A stretch of DNA of 35,425 nucleotides from an uncultured virus (IMG/VR IMGVR_UViG_3300043777_000372) (IMGVR_UViG_3300043777_000372); one strand, 5' to 3'. Shown: positions 17,661 to 26,517, numbered from the stretch's first letter. Numbers and translations: made by a program. The notes: a model not told the origin generated them from the sequence alone.

Positions 17661-18842
17661 GTGGCTGACTGGCCTTCGCGACTCCAGCTGTTCGGCATCG
17701 GGCGTGCGTACGTCCTTGGGGCGAACACTCGGATCTCGCCGACGCAGATCGACACGAAGGGCAGCGACGTCAACCTCATGGTCGGCGGGCAGAGCGAGGT
17801 CGCGTTCGCCGTCGTCCTGCAGCTGATCCAAGCCTTCAACCGGCTGACGCTCGACGGGGCCAAGGGCGACGACCTCGATCGGTACGCACTCGATCGGTAC
17901 GGGCAGCAGCTTCCCCGCAAGGGTGCCGCGGCCGCGCTGGGGGCCGCGGTGTTCACCCGACTGAACGCGGCGAACCCTGCGGGGACCATCCAACCGGGAA
18001 CGCTTGTTCTTTCGCAGGCTGGCTACCAGTACATCACCTTGCAGCCGGCGAGCTTCACGTCGTCGACGGGGCAACCGTCGGACACGTCGGTGAGCGCGCC
18101 CATCCGCGCAGTGCAGGCGGGAGCGCTCTTCCAAGCCGGGGCGAACACGATCACATCGTTTCAGACCCCGAACAGCGCGATCCCGTTCGACCAGACCATC
18201 ACGGTCAACAACCCGATCACGACGGCGGGCGGCGCCGACCCCGAAGACGATCCGACGTACCGCAACCGCATCCGGACCTTCTGGTTGAACGCGCGCCGGG
18301 GGATCCTGTCGGCGATCGCGCAGGGAGCGACGAGCGTACCGGGTGTCGCGAGCGCGTACGCGTCGGAGTACATCGGCTCGTCCGGGCAGCCGGTGCGGCT
18401 CGTCTCGCTGGCGATCGCGGATCCGTCCGGGGTGGCGAACGTGCAGCTCGCGAACACGGTCATCGCCGCGCTGCTCGACTACCGCGCCGCGGGCATCCAG
18501 GTCGTCGTGTCGCCGAGCATCCCACTCCTCGTACCGATCGTGCTGAACCTCACGTTCGTCGCCGGCGTCGACACCGTCACACTCAGCGGGCTCATTCAGG
18601 CGGCAATCGTGAACTACGTGAACGACCTGGCGGTGAGTGCGACCTTGCCGCTTGCGGGGCTGTACTCGGTCTTGCAGCGGTTCACGTCGCAAGGGCTCAT
18701 CGTGTCGACGGGTGTGGCTCAGACGTCGACGAGCACGGCGATCCCGGCATCGATCTCGAGCCCGGTGGGCGACCTCGTGCCGGCGCCGGGGCAGACCATC
18801 CGAACGACGCTCGGGCTTGTGTCGTTCGCGAACGCGAACTAG
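17661..18842 (+). CDS. baseplate J/gp47-family protein
   Basis: AKGDDLDRYA, GGADPEDDPTYRNRI and SVPGVASAY motifs. Confidence 0.9.
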   Translation: MADWPSRLQLFGIGRAYVLGANTRISPTQIDTKGSDVNLMVGGQSEVAFAVVLQLIQAFNRLTLDGAKGDDLDRYALDRYGQQLPRKGAAAALGAAVFTRLNAANPAGTIQPGTLVLSQAGYQYITLQPASFTSSTGQPSDTSVSAPIRAVQAGALFQAGANTITSFQTPNSAIPFDQTITVNNPITTAGGADPEDDPTYRNRIRTFWLNARRGILSAIAQGATSVPGVASAYASEYIGSSGQPVRLVSLAIADPSGVANVQLANTVIAALLDYRAAGIQVVVSPSIPLLVPIVLNLTFVAGVDTVTLSGLIQAAIVNYVNDLAVSATLPLAGLYSVLQRFTSQGLIVSTGVAQTSTSTAIPASISSPVGDLVPAPGQTIRTTLGLVSFANAN

Positions 18843-19423
18843 ACCGGCGGAAAGACGAGCGACGCGCGCAAGCCGTTCTCGACGAGCCACTCGGCGCACG
18901 CTTTCGCGTGTGCAACGGCTTCGAGGACGTCTGCGGCGGCGCGATGGGCTTCGCCGCGGGGCAGCTGCGACATTCCGAGGCTCCGGCAAAAGAGCTTGAT
19001 CGCGCTGACGTCGTAGGCGCGATGCGAGAGCCGCGCGGCGAGTGTCGGCATCACGTTCCGGATGAACTGGAGGTCGAATGGTCCGACGCTCGCGCCAGCG
19101 ATGACGGGTCGTTCGTTGTAGTCCTCGACCTCGGGGACGTGCTTCAGGATCTTCCGTTCGGCCTCCGCGAGGTACCGGCAATTCATGCCGTTGCGTTCGA
19201 GGTCGGCGATGAGTCCGTTCTTCGTGTGCATCTCTCGCACGCGCGGATCCCACGTCTGATGGGCCCATCGGTAGCGAAGGAGGAACGAGCCGACGTGTAG
19301 TCCTCCCACCTGTGCGATCTCGAATGGGCGTTCAAGATCGGAGACCGCGTAGGCGAGCTCGAGCACGTCATCGCGGCGGGGGTCCAAACCAGAAGTCTCG
19401 AGATCGAGCCACAGGAGCTTCAT
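18839..19423 (-). CDS. orn: oligoribonuclease homologue (DEDDh 3'-5' exonuclease)
   Basis: LLWLDLETSGLDP, MHTKNGL, AGASV..FDLQFI, HR.YDVS.IK, HRAAADV; ATG 19423 preceded by gcggCATCGT-N6. Confidence 0.85.
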   Translation of the reverse strand: MKLLWLDLETSGLDPRRDDVLELAYAVSDLERPFEIAQVGGLHVGSFLLRYRWAHQTWDPRVREMHTKNGLIADLERNGMNCRYLAEAERKILKHVPEVEDYNERPVIAGASVGPFDLQFIRNVMPTLAARLSHRAYDVSAIKLFCRSLGMSQLPRGEAHRAAADVLEAVAHAKACAEWLVENGLRASLVFPPV

Positions 19424-19444
19424 GCCCAAACGATGCCGCCCGAC

Positions 19445-19466
19445 AAAGTGAGGTCGACCTCACTTT
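19445..19466. repeat. 22-bp palindrome, perfect copy, in a divergent promoter
   Basis: 4 nt to TAGGTT-N6-GTG 19483; 9 nt to CATCGT(-). Confidence 0.95.
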
Positions 19467-19482
19467 CGGATAGGTTCCCATC

Positions 19483-21486
19483 GTGACGACCGCGCCCTTC
19501 TCCGGAGGACCGCTCCAGCAGTCGGATCTCCTCGGGATCTGGCAGTCGGTCATGGATGAAAGCTACACCGAGCCGTTCATCGAGGCGGGCGACGGCGGGG
19601 GCCTCGAGGCGTGGAACCAGTCGTTCGCCCAGCTCGCGCGTGTGAGCGAAGCCGTCGACGTCAGCATGGAGAGCCTGTTCATCTTGCCGTGGAGCGGGCA
19701 GACGAATCCGCCGGCGTCGGGGCCGAACCAGGCGACCGTCGAGCTGACCATCTCCCGCACGGGGCTCCTCGAGCAGCCGCTCATCCTCGGCGCCGGTCTC
19801 ATCTGGGTCGACGACATCGAGCCCGACTACTCGCCGACGGGGACGCAGCTCGTGAACACGGGGCTGCGTTACTACCTGTCCGAGGACGTCGTGTTCGAGC
19901 CCGGCGAGATGGGCCCGCTCACGGTGACGGCGATCGCCGAGCGTCCCGGCTACAGCTACAACGCGCCGTTCCCCGGCATGCTGAACCTGTTCGAGCAGCC
20001 GGGTACGGGCTACAACAACATCGAGGCGGCGGTCACGGCGAACGTGGCCACGACGCCGATCAGCAAGACGGCGCTGACGTCGACGCTCATCACGTGCATC
20101 GACGTCCCCCACGTGTTCATCCCCGCGCTCGTCGGTCAGTACATCACCGTCACGCAGGGCACGAACGCCGGGCAGATCGCGCGGATCAACGGGTACACGC
20201 CTCCTCCGCCCTCCGACGTGAACGGCGGGTCGGTCAGCATCGAGCAGCTCGTTGCCGTGCACGCGACGTCTTTCTCCGGAACGTTCGACGACGGCGAGCT
20301 CGTCGTCATCAGCGGAGCGACGACCGGGTACGCGACGTTCAAGCACGACGTGCAGGTCGGCTCGATCTTGAAGGCGAGCTTCGTGCTCCGGTGCGGCACG
20401 GTCGCCGTCGGGTCCGTGTTCACGGGAGTGTCGTCGGGCGCCGTCGTGACCGCGAGCCTCATCTACGACGACGCGAGTACATGGGTGACGACCACGCCGG
20501 CGATTGTCCCGTCCACCGAACAGTGGAGGATCCTCGACTGGGCGAACGACTGGGGGCTCACCGTCACGAACGCCGCGCAACCGAGTGGGGGCACTGCGGG
20601 AGTGCTCGACCTTCTCGGGCGCGAGCGGAACATGCCCCGGCTCACCGGCGAGGACGACACCACGTACCGGACGCGCATTGCTGCAGTCGCCGACGTCGTC
20701 ACGCCGAACGCGATCAAACGCCGATTGAACCGCGTGCTCACGCAAGGACCGCTCGGGCTCGCGTGGTGCTTCCGCGAGATCGGGACCCCGCTATTCCCCG
20801 GGTTCTTCTACGGAGACGGATCCATTTACGGCGACTTCTACGACTACGACTGCCAGATGATTACGGGGCTCGGCGGTGGGTCGGGCTACCAGCTGTACGA
20901 ACCGGTGACGCAGACGGTCGGAGGCATCGTCGCCACGGGCAAGATCCTCATCAAGGGAGATCCGCCGGCGATTCCGTTCGTGCCGGGTCAGGCCGAGACG
21001 ACCGGGCGCACGTTGGGGCGGCAAGTCGTCGGAGTGGCGGGCGCGCGCATCGGTTACTCGTTCGTCGCGGGGTCGCCGATCGTCGGCACGCATACGCACT
21101 TCCACCCGACACCCACGGGCGTCACGCCGTCGAGCGGGCAGGCGTACGTCAATGGCAACGGGGTCATCCAGCAATCGGCGACCGGAGCGACGTCGGTGTC
21201 GACGCTCTGGCGCATCTACGTCGACTACCTCCGGATGCGCGCCTACTTCGTCGTGACGGTGCAGCGGAGCGACGACGGCGACTTCGGATTCGCGTGGGGC
21301 AGCGGAGCGCCGGGGGTTGGCGGGCTCGTGGACTTCTGGGACACGGGACCGGGATGGGACGACTTCTATGACGGCGGAGCGATTGGCGCTGCGGGGCAGT
21401 ACTTGAGCGCGTACGGGGCGGTGAACCTCATTCGCGCGGGCGGGGTCACCGTCGAATTTCTGCCGACGTCGGGTCCGTGCGTGTAG
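19483..21486 (+). CDS. baseplate wedge/tail protein (gpI/gp48-like region)
   Basis: LDLLGRERNMPRLTGEDDTTYRTRI motif; follows the J gene. Confidence 0.65.
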   Translation: MTTAPFSGGPLQQSDLLGIWQSVMDESYTEPFIEAGDGGGLEAWNQSFAQLARVSEAVDVSMESLFILPWSGQTNPPASGPNQATVELTISRTGLLEQPLILGAGLIWVDDIEPDYSPTGTQLVNTGLRYYLSEDVVFEPGEMGPLTVTAIAERPGYSYNAPFPGMLNLFEQPGTGYNNIEAAVTANVATTPISKTALTSTLITCIDVPHVFIPALVGQYITVTQGTNAGQIARINGYTPPPPSDVNGGSVSIEQLVAVHATSFSGTFDDGELVVISGATTGYATFKHDVQVGSILKASFVLRCGTVAVGSVFTGVSSGAVVTASLIYDDASTWVTTTPAIVPSTEQWRILDWANDWGLTVTNAAQPSGGTAGVLDLLGRERNMPRLTGEDDTTYRTRIAAVADVVTPNAIKRRLNRVLTQGPLGLAWCFREIGTPLFPGFFYGDGSIYGDFYDYDCQMITGLGGGSGYQLYEPVTQTVGGIVATGKILIKGDPPAIPFVPGQAETTGRTLGRQVVGVAGARIGYSFVAGSPIVGTHTHFHPTPTGVTPSSGQAYVNGNGVIQQSATGATSVSTLWRIYVDYLRMRAYFVVTVQRSDDGDFGFAWGSGAPGVGGLVDFWDTGPGWDDFYDGGAIGAAGQYLSAYGAVNLIRAGGVTVEFLPTSGPCV

Positions 21487-21487
21487 C

Positions 21488-21509
21488 AAAGTGAGGTCGA
21501 CCTCACTTT
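21488..21509. repeat. 22-bp palindrome, perfect copy
   Basis: 4 nt to TAGGGT-N6-ATG 21526. Confidence 0.95.
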
Positions 21510-21525
21510 CAGGTAGGGTCACGCC

Positions 21526-23280
21526 ATGAGCTCGGGAGATCGTGAATTGGTCGTGAATCCGCTCGAGCGAGCGGTGTCGACGGACATCATGCGCGCGCAA
21601 GCGTTCAAGGGCGCGCTTATCGCGAACCTGCTCCAGGCCTTCATCGACAACGCCCCGGGCAGCGACGACGTCCAGGCGGGCGCGCAGTACAACCCGAACA
21701 TCGCGTCGACGGCGGGAACGCCGACGTCAGGCATCGTGTACGCGGGCCTTCTGTTTCAACCGATGGGCGGGTCGACGGCCGCGGGCATCAGCGCGGGCAT
21801 CGCCAGCATCTACGACCCGGACACGGCGACGACTCCGAGCTCGGACGACTCGCAGTACAAGATCATCACCGACCCCGGCACGGTGACGAACACGCTGGTG
21901 CTCACGCCGAACAGCTCGGGGTCGCTACGCATCGACATCGTCGAGTGCAACCGCGTGCAGCCCGACAATGTCATCGAGACCGACTCGCGCGACATCTTCA
22001 ACACCGTGACGGGGCTGTTCGCGGCCGCCACGGTCAACAAGGTGACGGCTGCGCAGTTTCAGTACCGCATCCGCGCGGGCACTCCGGGCGGAGGGTTTCC
22101 CGCGCTTGCACAGGGGTGGATGCCGCTTGCCGTGGCGTCGGTGCCGACGGGCACGACCGTCTGGGACACCGTCACGATCTGGGACGTGCGCCCGCTGTTC
22201 GAAAGCCGGCTGTTCGAAGACTCGCGCGCGTCGCGCGACCAGCCGTTCATGAAGAAGTGCTCGGCGCAGATCGACGCGCTGACGACGGCGAGCCAAAGCC
22301 GTCTCACCGGCAACATCGAAGTGGAGTTCCTCGATCGCCGTTACGGCGGGATCATGCAGTCGAGCTGCCCGCAGGGAACCGGGGGCGGCATCGGGTCGGA
22401 AGCCGACTCGCTGTTCATCGACTTGGACGACGCGCAAAACCGCAGCGCGTCGGGGACCATCGGGACGACAGGGTTGAACTACGTGTACGTGTGCGCGCCG
22501 TTCGGGCTCCCGCGCTGGGCGAAGTACACCGCAGGTCCGGCGGGGCGCGTGCCACGGAGCCCGCGAGGCATCATCGTCGCGAGCGCGACGTCGCCCGACT
22601 ACGCGTACGGTACGCCGCACGGCGGGCAGCTGAACCTTCCCCCGTGCCTCCAGAACAGCGGCAACACCGCCGTCGACACGACGACGTGGCCCCCGCGCGC
22701 GGTGTGCGTGCTGGCGCGAGTCGGGACGAGCGGGTCGTCGCCGAGGACGGGCGGGCTCGTCGCGCGCGGGGGGGTGCACTCGAGCAATGCGAACGTGTCG
22801 AGCGTCACGACGACGGCGGCGTTCGGGCAGGCGTTGTTCACGTTCACTCCGGGCACGGACTTCCCGGCGAACGCGCGCGCGATCTGGGTGACGTTCACGG
22901 GCGTGTTCACGCTCACGGGCACGGTGGCGAACTTCGCGGTCACCGGTGGAACGGTGAACGTCGGCGTCGCGGTGCCGGCGAGCGGGACCATCGCGCAGGT
23001 CTTCTCGCCGGAGAACGTGGTGTACGGCGCCGCGCTTTCGGGTGGGCCGAACTACTCCTCGGGGCAGTTCGTGTCAGGGAGCATCACGGTGCGCGTGCCC
23101 ATCATCGACAACTACGAGCTGATCGGGACCCCGGGGGCGAGCACGCCGGGCAATTCGCAGACGATCTCGGTGGGGTGGGTGCCGAACCTGTCGGCGAGCG
23201 GCGGTGGGTCGGTGACGTTCAGCTCGGCCACGGGTGCGCAATCGGCCCAGATTCAGCAGTGGGAGCTCGACGCGGCGTAG
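21526..23280 (+). CDS. putative tail fibre/receptor-binding protein
   Basis: 584 aa, last gene of the tail module; N-terminal PN.SG..RIDIV...GTP...P.L..GW.PLA pattern; Thr/Gly/Ser-rich beta C-terminus. Confidence 0.6.
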   Translation: MSSGDRELVVNPLERAVSTDIMRAQAFKGALIANLLQAFIDNAPGSDDVQAGAQYNPNIASTAGTPTSGIVYAGLLFQPMGGSTAAGISAGIASIYDPDTATTPSSDDSQYKIITDPGTVTNTLVLTPNSSGSLRIDIVECNRVQPDNVIETDSRDIFNTVTGLFAAATVNKVTAAQFQYRIRAGTPGGGFPALAQGWMPLAVASVPTGTTVWDTVTIWDVRPLFESRLFEDSRASRDQPFMKKCSAQIDALTTASQSRLTGNIEVEFLDRRYGGIMQSSCPQGTGGGIGSEADSLFIDLDDAQNRSASGTIGTTGLNYVYVCAPFGLPRWAKYTAGPAGRVPRSPRGIIVASATSPDYAYGTPHGGQLNLPPCLQNSGNTAVDTTTWPPRAVCVLARVGTSGSSPRTGGLVARGGVHSSNANVSSVTTTAAFGQALFTFTPGTDFPANARAIWVTFTGVFTLTGTVANFAVTGGTVNVGVAVPASGTIAQVFSPENVVYGAALSGGPNYSSGQFVSGSITVRVPIIDNYELIGTPGASTPGNSQTISVGWVPNLSASGGGSVTFSSATGAQSAQIQQWELDAA

Positions 23281-23340
23281 GGAATTCCCTGCAGAAACCA
23301 CGGGCTTATTGAGAATCGACGGGGATAGGTAAAAAAGGGG

Positions 23341-23369
23341 TTGCACGTGGACCCATTAGGGCCCATATT
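23341..23369 (+). promoter_or_regulatory. sigma70-like leaderless promoter TTGCAC-N17-CATATT-N6-ATG
   Basis: Exact 17-nt spacer, upstream A-tract (23331-23336), ATG at 23376. Confidence 0.7.
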
Positions 23370-23375
23370 CAACCC

Positions 23376-23633
23376 ATGAACGACGCGGCGCAAACCCTCC
23401 TGGTCCTCGGCCACCCGGTGACCCTCATCCCGCGGCGGTCATCCCCGGTCCCGTTCAAGGTCTGCGGGTGTTGCCGGCACTCGTACGCGACGGAGGGCGA
23501 CTGGCAGACCGTCCCGATGTGCGGCGTGCAGGACTTCCCCGAGGACAACATTCGCCTCGAGCTTCGGAACTGCCCGTGCGGTTCCACCATTGCGATCGAA
23601 AAGGAGCTGTCGTCATGCGCGTCGAACGTTTGA
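23376..23633 (+). CDS. small Zn-finger-like protein
   Basis: CGCC...LELRNCPCGST; starts at the promoter above. Confidence 0.7.
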   Translation: MNDAAQTLLVLGHPVTLIPRRSSPVPFKVCGCCRHSYATEGDWQTVPMCGVQDFPEDNIRLELRNCPCGSTIAIEKELSSCASNV

Positions 23634-24121
23634 TCGTCCTCGCCTTCGCCGTCGTCACCACCGCGTGCGCGGGGCTGCCCCCCGAGGAGAGCACCGACGT
23701 GGTGTGCCTCGATTGGCCCGATTGCCACGACGGCGTGTGCACCACGAAGCACGTGTGCCTGCCCCCGTCGGTCCACTACGAGCCCACGGCCCCCGTAAAG
23801 GCGCCGGAAGCCCCCAAGGCGGCACCGACCCCCGCCCCCGCCGGCGACACGTCCACGGCCGATTCTGGGGCGCCGTTGCCCATCCCCGCGGACGACGCCG
23901 GGACCCCCGTGCCGGTTCCCCCGAAGGAGCCCGCGGATGCGGGCGCGTGCGACGCGGGCGCCGAGCTTGCGTGCGTGTGCGGGAGCGCTGACGTCGCCAT
24001 GGCGTGCCCCGCGTGCTCGGGGAACTACTGCGGGGGTGGGACGCCGGACGTCGCGTGCGAGTCGTGCCTCGGCCTGGTGTTGAACGCCGGCGGCGCATGC
24101 GTCGGGACGGTGTGCCGATGA
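23615..24121 (+). CDS. Cys-rich lipoprotein (myxobacterial type)
   Basis: SD AAGGAG; signal peptide ending TTAC; Cys-rich ends with a Pro/Ala linker containing DSG/DAG repeats. Confidence 0.75.
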   Translation: MRVERLIVLAFAVVTTACAGLPPEESTDVVCLDWPDCHDGVCTTKHVCLPPSVHYEPTAPVKAPEAPKAAPTPAPAGDTSTADSGAPLPIPADDAGTPVPVPPKEPADAGACDAGAELACVCGSADVAMACPACSGNYCGGGTPDVACESCLGLVLNAGGACVGTVCR

Positions 24122-24378
24122 GCCGGCCGATCGTGCTCACCCTCGGCCGCGACAGCATGGGGCCCTCCGCGGACGAGGAGTCGTTCGTACGGTGGATCGA
24201 TTACGTGAGCGAGCGGATCGATGAGATCGCGGGCGTGCCGGTATCGGTCGAAGCTAGGGACGCTAGCGACGTCCAGAGCAACGATATCTCGGGCGGCGAC
24301 GGGGACGACGATCGAGACCTGCTCGAGCGCGCGATAGAGGTCCTGTGGGACCGCTGGTGTAGGGACGGCGCCCCGTGA
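24118..24378 (+). CDS. acidic hypothetical protein (86 aa)
   Basis: ATGA and GTGA overlaps at both ends. Confidence 0.65.
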   Translation: MSRPIVLTLGRDSMGPSADEESFVRWIDYVSERIDEIAGVPVSVEARDASDVQSNDISGGDGDDDRDLLERAIEVLWDRWCRDGAP

Positions 24379-24863
24379 TCGTCTCTCGCAAACAAGGCGC
24401 TGGAAGTTTGAGGTCGACCTCACTTTTGGGGTTGCTGGCCATGGTCGCGTGCGGGTCCCCGTTCGAGGCGGACATCCCTGACAAGACGATCCACGACCCG
24501 CCCGACGCCGCCACCGACCCCGTAACGCTCCCGACCCTCGACGGGGACGTCCCGGACGGGTCCCCCCCGCCGGACGCTCCAGGGGGCGATACGGGGCGGC
24601 GCGACGGGTCCCCGCGGGACACCGGGCGGGACGTGTTCTACCCGCCCCCGTTCGACGCGACCCCGTACGATTCGGGGAAGGTCGCCACGTGCGAGGCGGA
24701 TGCGCTGGGCGAGTGCGCCTGTTCGTCCCCCGGTACGTGCGCGGGGGTGTGCGGTGACACGTACTGCGAGGGGCTCCCCCCGGACACCGCATGCGCGAAG
24801 TGCGTCGACGCGCTCGTCACCATGTGCCCCGGAATCGCAGCCTGCCTCGATTCGGGAAAGTGA
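24375..24863 (+). CDS. Cys-rich lipoprotein (alternative start TTG 24408)
   Basis: LLGLLAMVACG lipobox-like; DA/DG/DTG linker; Cys-rich C-terminus. Confidence 0.7.
   Translation: MIVSRKQGAGSLRSTSLLGLLAMVACGSPFEADIPDKTIHDPPDAATDPVTLPTLDGDVPDGSPPPDAPGGDTGRRDGSPRDTGRDVFYPPPFDATPYDSGKVATCEADALGECACSSPGTCAGVCGDTYCEGLPPDTACAKCVDALVTMCPGIAACLDSGK
24405..24426. repeat. 22-bp palindrome (3 mismatches) within the lipoprotein signal-peptide coding region
   Basis: AGTTTGAGGTCGACCTCACTTT. Confidence 0.9.
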
Positions 24864-24878
24864 GGTCGACCTCACTTT
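24857..24878. repeat. 22-bp palindrome, perfect copy; supplies the TGA stop of the lipoprotein gene
   Basis: Read directly; TGA at 24861-24863. Confidence 0.95.
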
Positions 24879-24901
24879 CGTCCCGTGCGACCCTCGGCGC
24901 A

Positions 24902-25291
24902 TTGGACTTCAACGCCATTCTCCAGGCCGTCGCGAATCACCAGTGGGAGCTCCTCGGCGGGCTCGTCGTCGGAGCCGTCATCGCCACCGCCAAGCAGGGG
25001 TGGCTCGGATCGAAGATCCAGAAGCTCTTTCCGGCGAAGTACATCCCGTTCCTCGCCCCGACGTACGCCGCGCTCGGAGTGCTCGGGACCGACCTGGTCA
25101 CCGGCAAGTCGTTCACCGTGATCGTGTCGACGGTCGGGTCTGCGATCTTCTCGGGGTTCGCCGCGACCCTCGGGCACGAGATGCTCATCGAGGGATTGCG
25201 CGGGGGCAAAGAGATCATCCCCGAGCGAGTACCGTCTGCACCGAAGGACGATTCGAAGAAGGCACCGCCAGCGATTCCACCTTCAGGCTGA
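24902..25291 (+). CDS. putative holin
   Basis: TTG start; about three hydrophobic segments, KYIPFLA, charged C-terminal tail. Confidence 0.55.
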   Translation: MDFNAILQAVANHQWELLGGLVVGAVIATAKQGWLGSKIQKLFPAKYIPFLAPTYAALGVLGTDLVTGKSFTVIVSTVGSAIFSGFAATLGHEMLIEGLRGGKEIIPERVPSAPKDDSKKAPPAIPPSG

Positions 25292-25380
25292 TCGTTACTC
25301 CCCACCCAGAAGACCCGCCCGGGGGGTGCTTCCGCAGGGGGCAGCGGAAGAGGGCGATCTTCGGGTGGAGCGAGTGATCA
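25289..25380. other. long imperfect inverted repeat/hairpin
   Basis: Nested pairings TGATC/GATCA, CCACCC/GGGTGG, GAAGA/TCTTC, CGCCC/GGGCG, CTTCCGC/GCGGAAG. Confidence 0.6.
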
Positions 25381-25796
25381 GGAACGCGGAGTAGCGACTG
25401 GGGTGAGGAATGCGTTCCCTGGTCCCGGGTGGGCGCCTCCGACCGATTGGGGCGGGTTAGTGGGTCGGCTATCGCTTGTGGGTGGGACCTGCACGGATCG
25501 AGAGCACGTTCGCAACACGCGCGGGGTGGGGAATCGGGCGTGACCGTCGAAGGCCGTGGGCGTCTGCACCGTGGGGGGTGGCAAGTGCGGACCGGGGGGA
25601 GCCCCGAGCTCATGTGCTGCCGTGTTTCCTTCTGCGCTGACGTGGTCGCTCTTTCGTCTCGTGGTGGCGGTTTGGTGGGGTTCGGAGGCCAGGGGTCCGG
25701 CTCGGTACTTCGCTCGCTTGGAGATCATGGGGGCGGTTGGGACGGCCATGGTTGGGAGCGTTCTCACAGCGCCCCGTAGCTCGGGCGCCGGGGCGG

Positions 25797-25814
25797 ATGA
25801 TGCCGCGGCATGAT
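25797..25814. promoter_or_regulatory. back-to-back gcggCAT-class -10 boxes (ATGATG-CCGCGG-CATGAT)
   Basis: + box is 6 nt from ATG 25821; - box points into the non-coding region. Confidence 0.6.
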
Positions 25815-25820
25815 CGGAGG

Positions 25821-25916
25821 ATGCCGACCCTGTCGTTTCACTTGAACACGCGCGACGTGTTGACGGTCACTGTCGAGGACGAGATCTACATTCGGGCAAT
25901 GAATGCGGATGCGTGA
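25821..25916 (+). CDS. 31-aa peptide (MPTLSFHLNTRDVLTVTVEDEIYIRAMNADA); not in the ORF track
   Basis: CATGAT-N6-ATG; stop overlaps the next GTG (GTGA). Confidence 0.5.
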   Translation: MPTLSFHLNTRDVLTVTVEDEIYIRAMNADA

Positions 25917-26212
25917 TGATCGCGCCTGCGTTGCGATCATCACGCGCGCCCAATGGGGGCGGTGCGGTGCTCCTGACTCGTTGGCTCGAGAGGCGGGGTC
26001 AGCAACAGCTCGGCAAGGCGGAGCGCACCATTCTTACGCGGCTCGTGTGGCTGCTCCCGCATGGGGAGCGAAAGGAGGACATGGCACGCGCGTCCGGTTA
26101 CGAGGTCACGGGTGGCGGCTTCAACAACGCGCTCAGCCGATTGCGATCGTTCGACCTCATCTCGGGCAAGGACATGCTCAAGGCCAACCCGCTCTTTGGG
26201 AATGAATCGTGA
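25913..26212 (+). CDS. putative winged-helix DNA-binding protein
   Basis: LGKAERTILTRL...KEDMARASGY..GGGFNNALSRLRSFDLI is wHTH-like. Confidence 0.55.
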   Translation: MMIAPALRSSRAPNGGGAVLLTRWLERRGQQQLGKAERTILTRLVWLLPHGERKEDMARASGYEVTGGGFNNALSRLRSFDLISGKDMLKANPLFGNES

Positions 26213-26517
26213 CGACTCCGTTGGAACAAGCGCTCGAGATCTGCCAGACCGAAGCGGAGCTCGTGGCGGGCAAGCGCAGCGGCGTGTATGTGACGCTGCA
26301 CGAGGATTGGATGGGCGCTCGTCGATGGTCGCTGCAGGTATCGGACGGGCGGACGACTTCGGCGGTGTGGTTCATCGAGGACGCGTGGGCCGCGGGGATA
26401 ACGTCCGAGGAGGCGATCCTCGACGCGATGGTCGAAACGACGAGCATGCTGGCGCTGCAGTTTTATCGCCCTACGTTTCGGATAGGGTTGAAGCACCCGA
26501 GGAGGTTGGCCCGATGA
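26209..26517 (+). CDS. hypothetical protein
   Basis: GTGA and ATGA overlaps with neighbours. Confidence 0.6.
   Translation: MTTPLEQALEICQTEAELVAGKRSGVYVTLHEDWMGARRWSLQVSDGRTTSAVWFIEDAWAAGITSEEAILDAMVETTSMLALQFYRPTFRIGLKHPRRLAR

Noticed and set aside
3638..23280. Tailocin or extracellular contractile injection system
   Set aside because: Neck genes upstream and a linked helicase/primase module indicate a phage.
25215..25813. ORFs 25215-25613, 25378-25767, 25429-25779 and 25556-25813
   Set aside because: Atypical codon usage and low-complexity translations; not called as genes.
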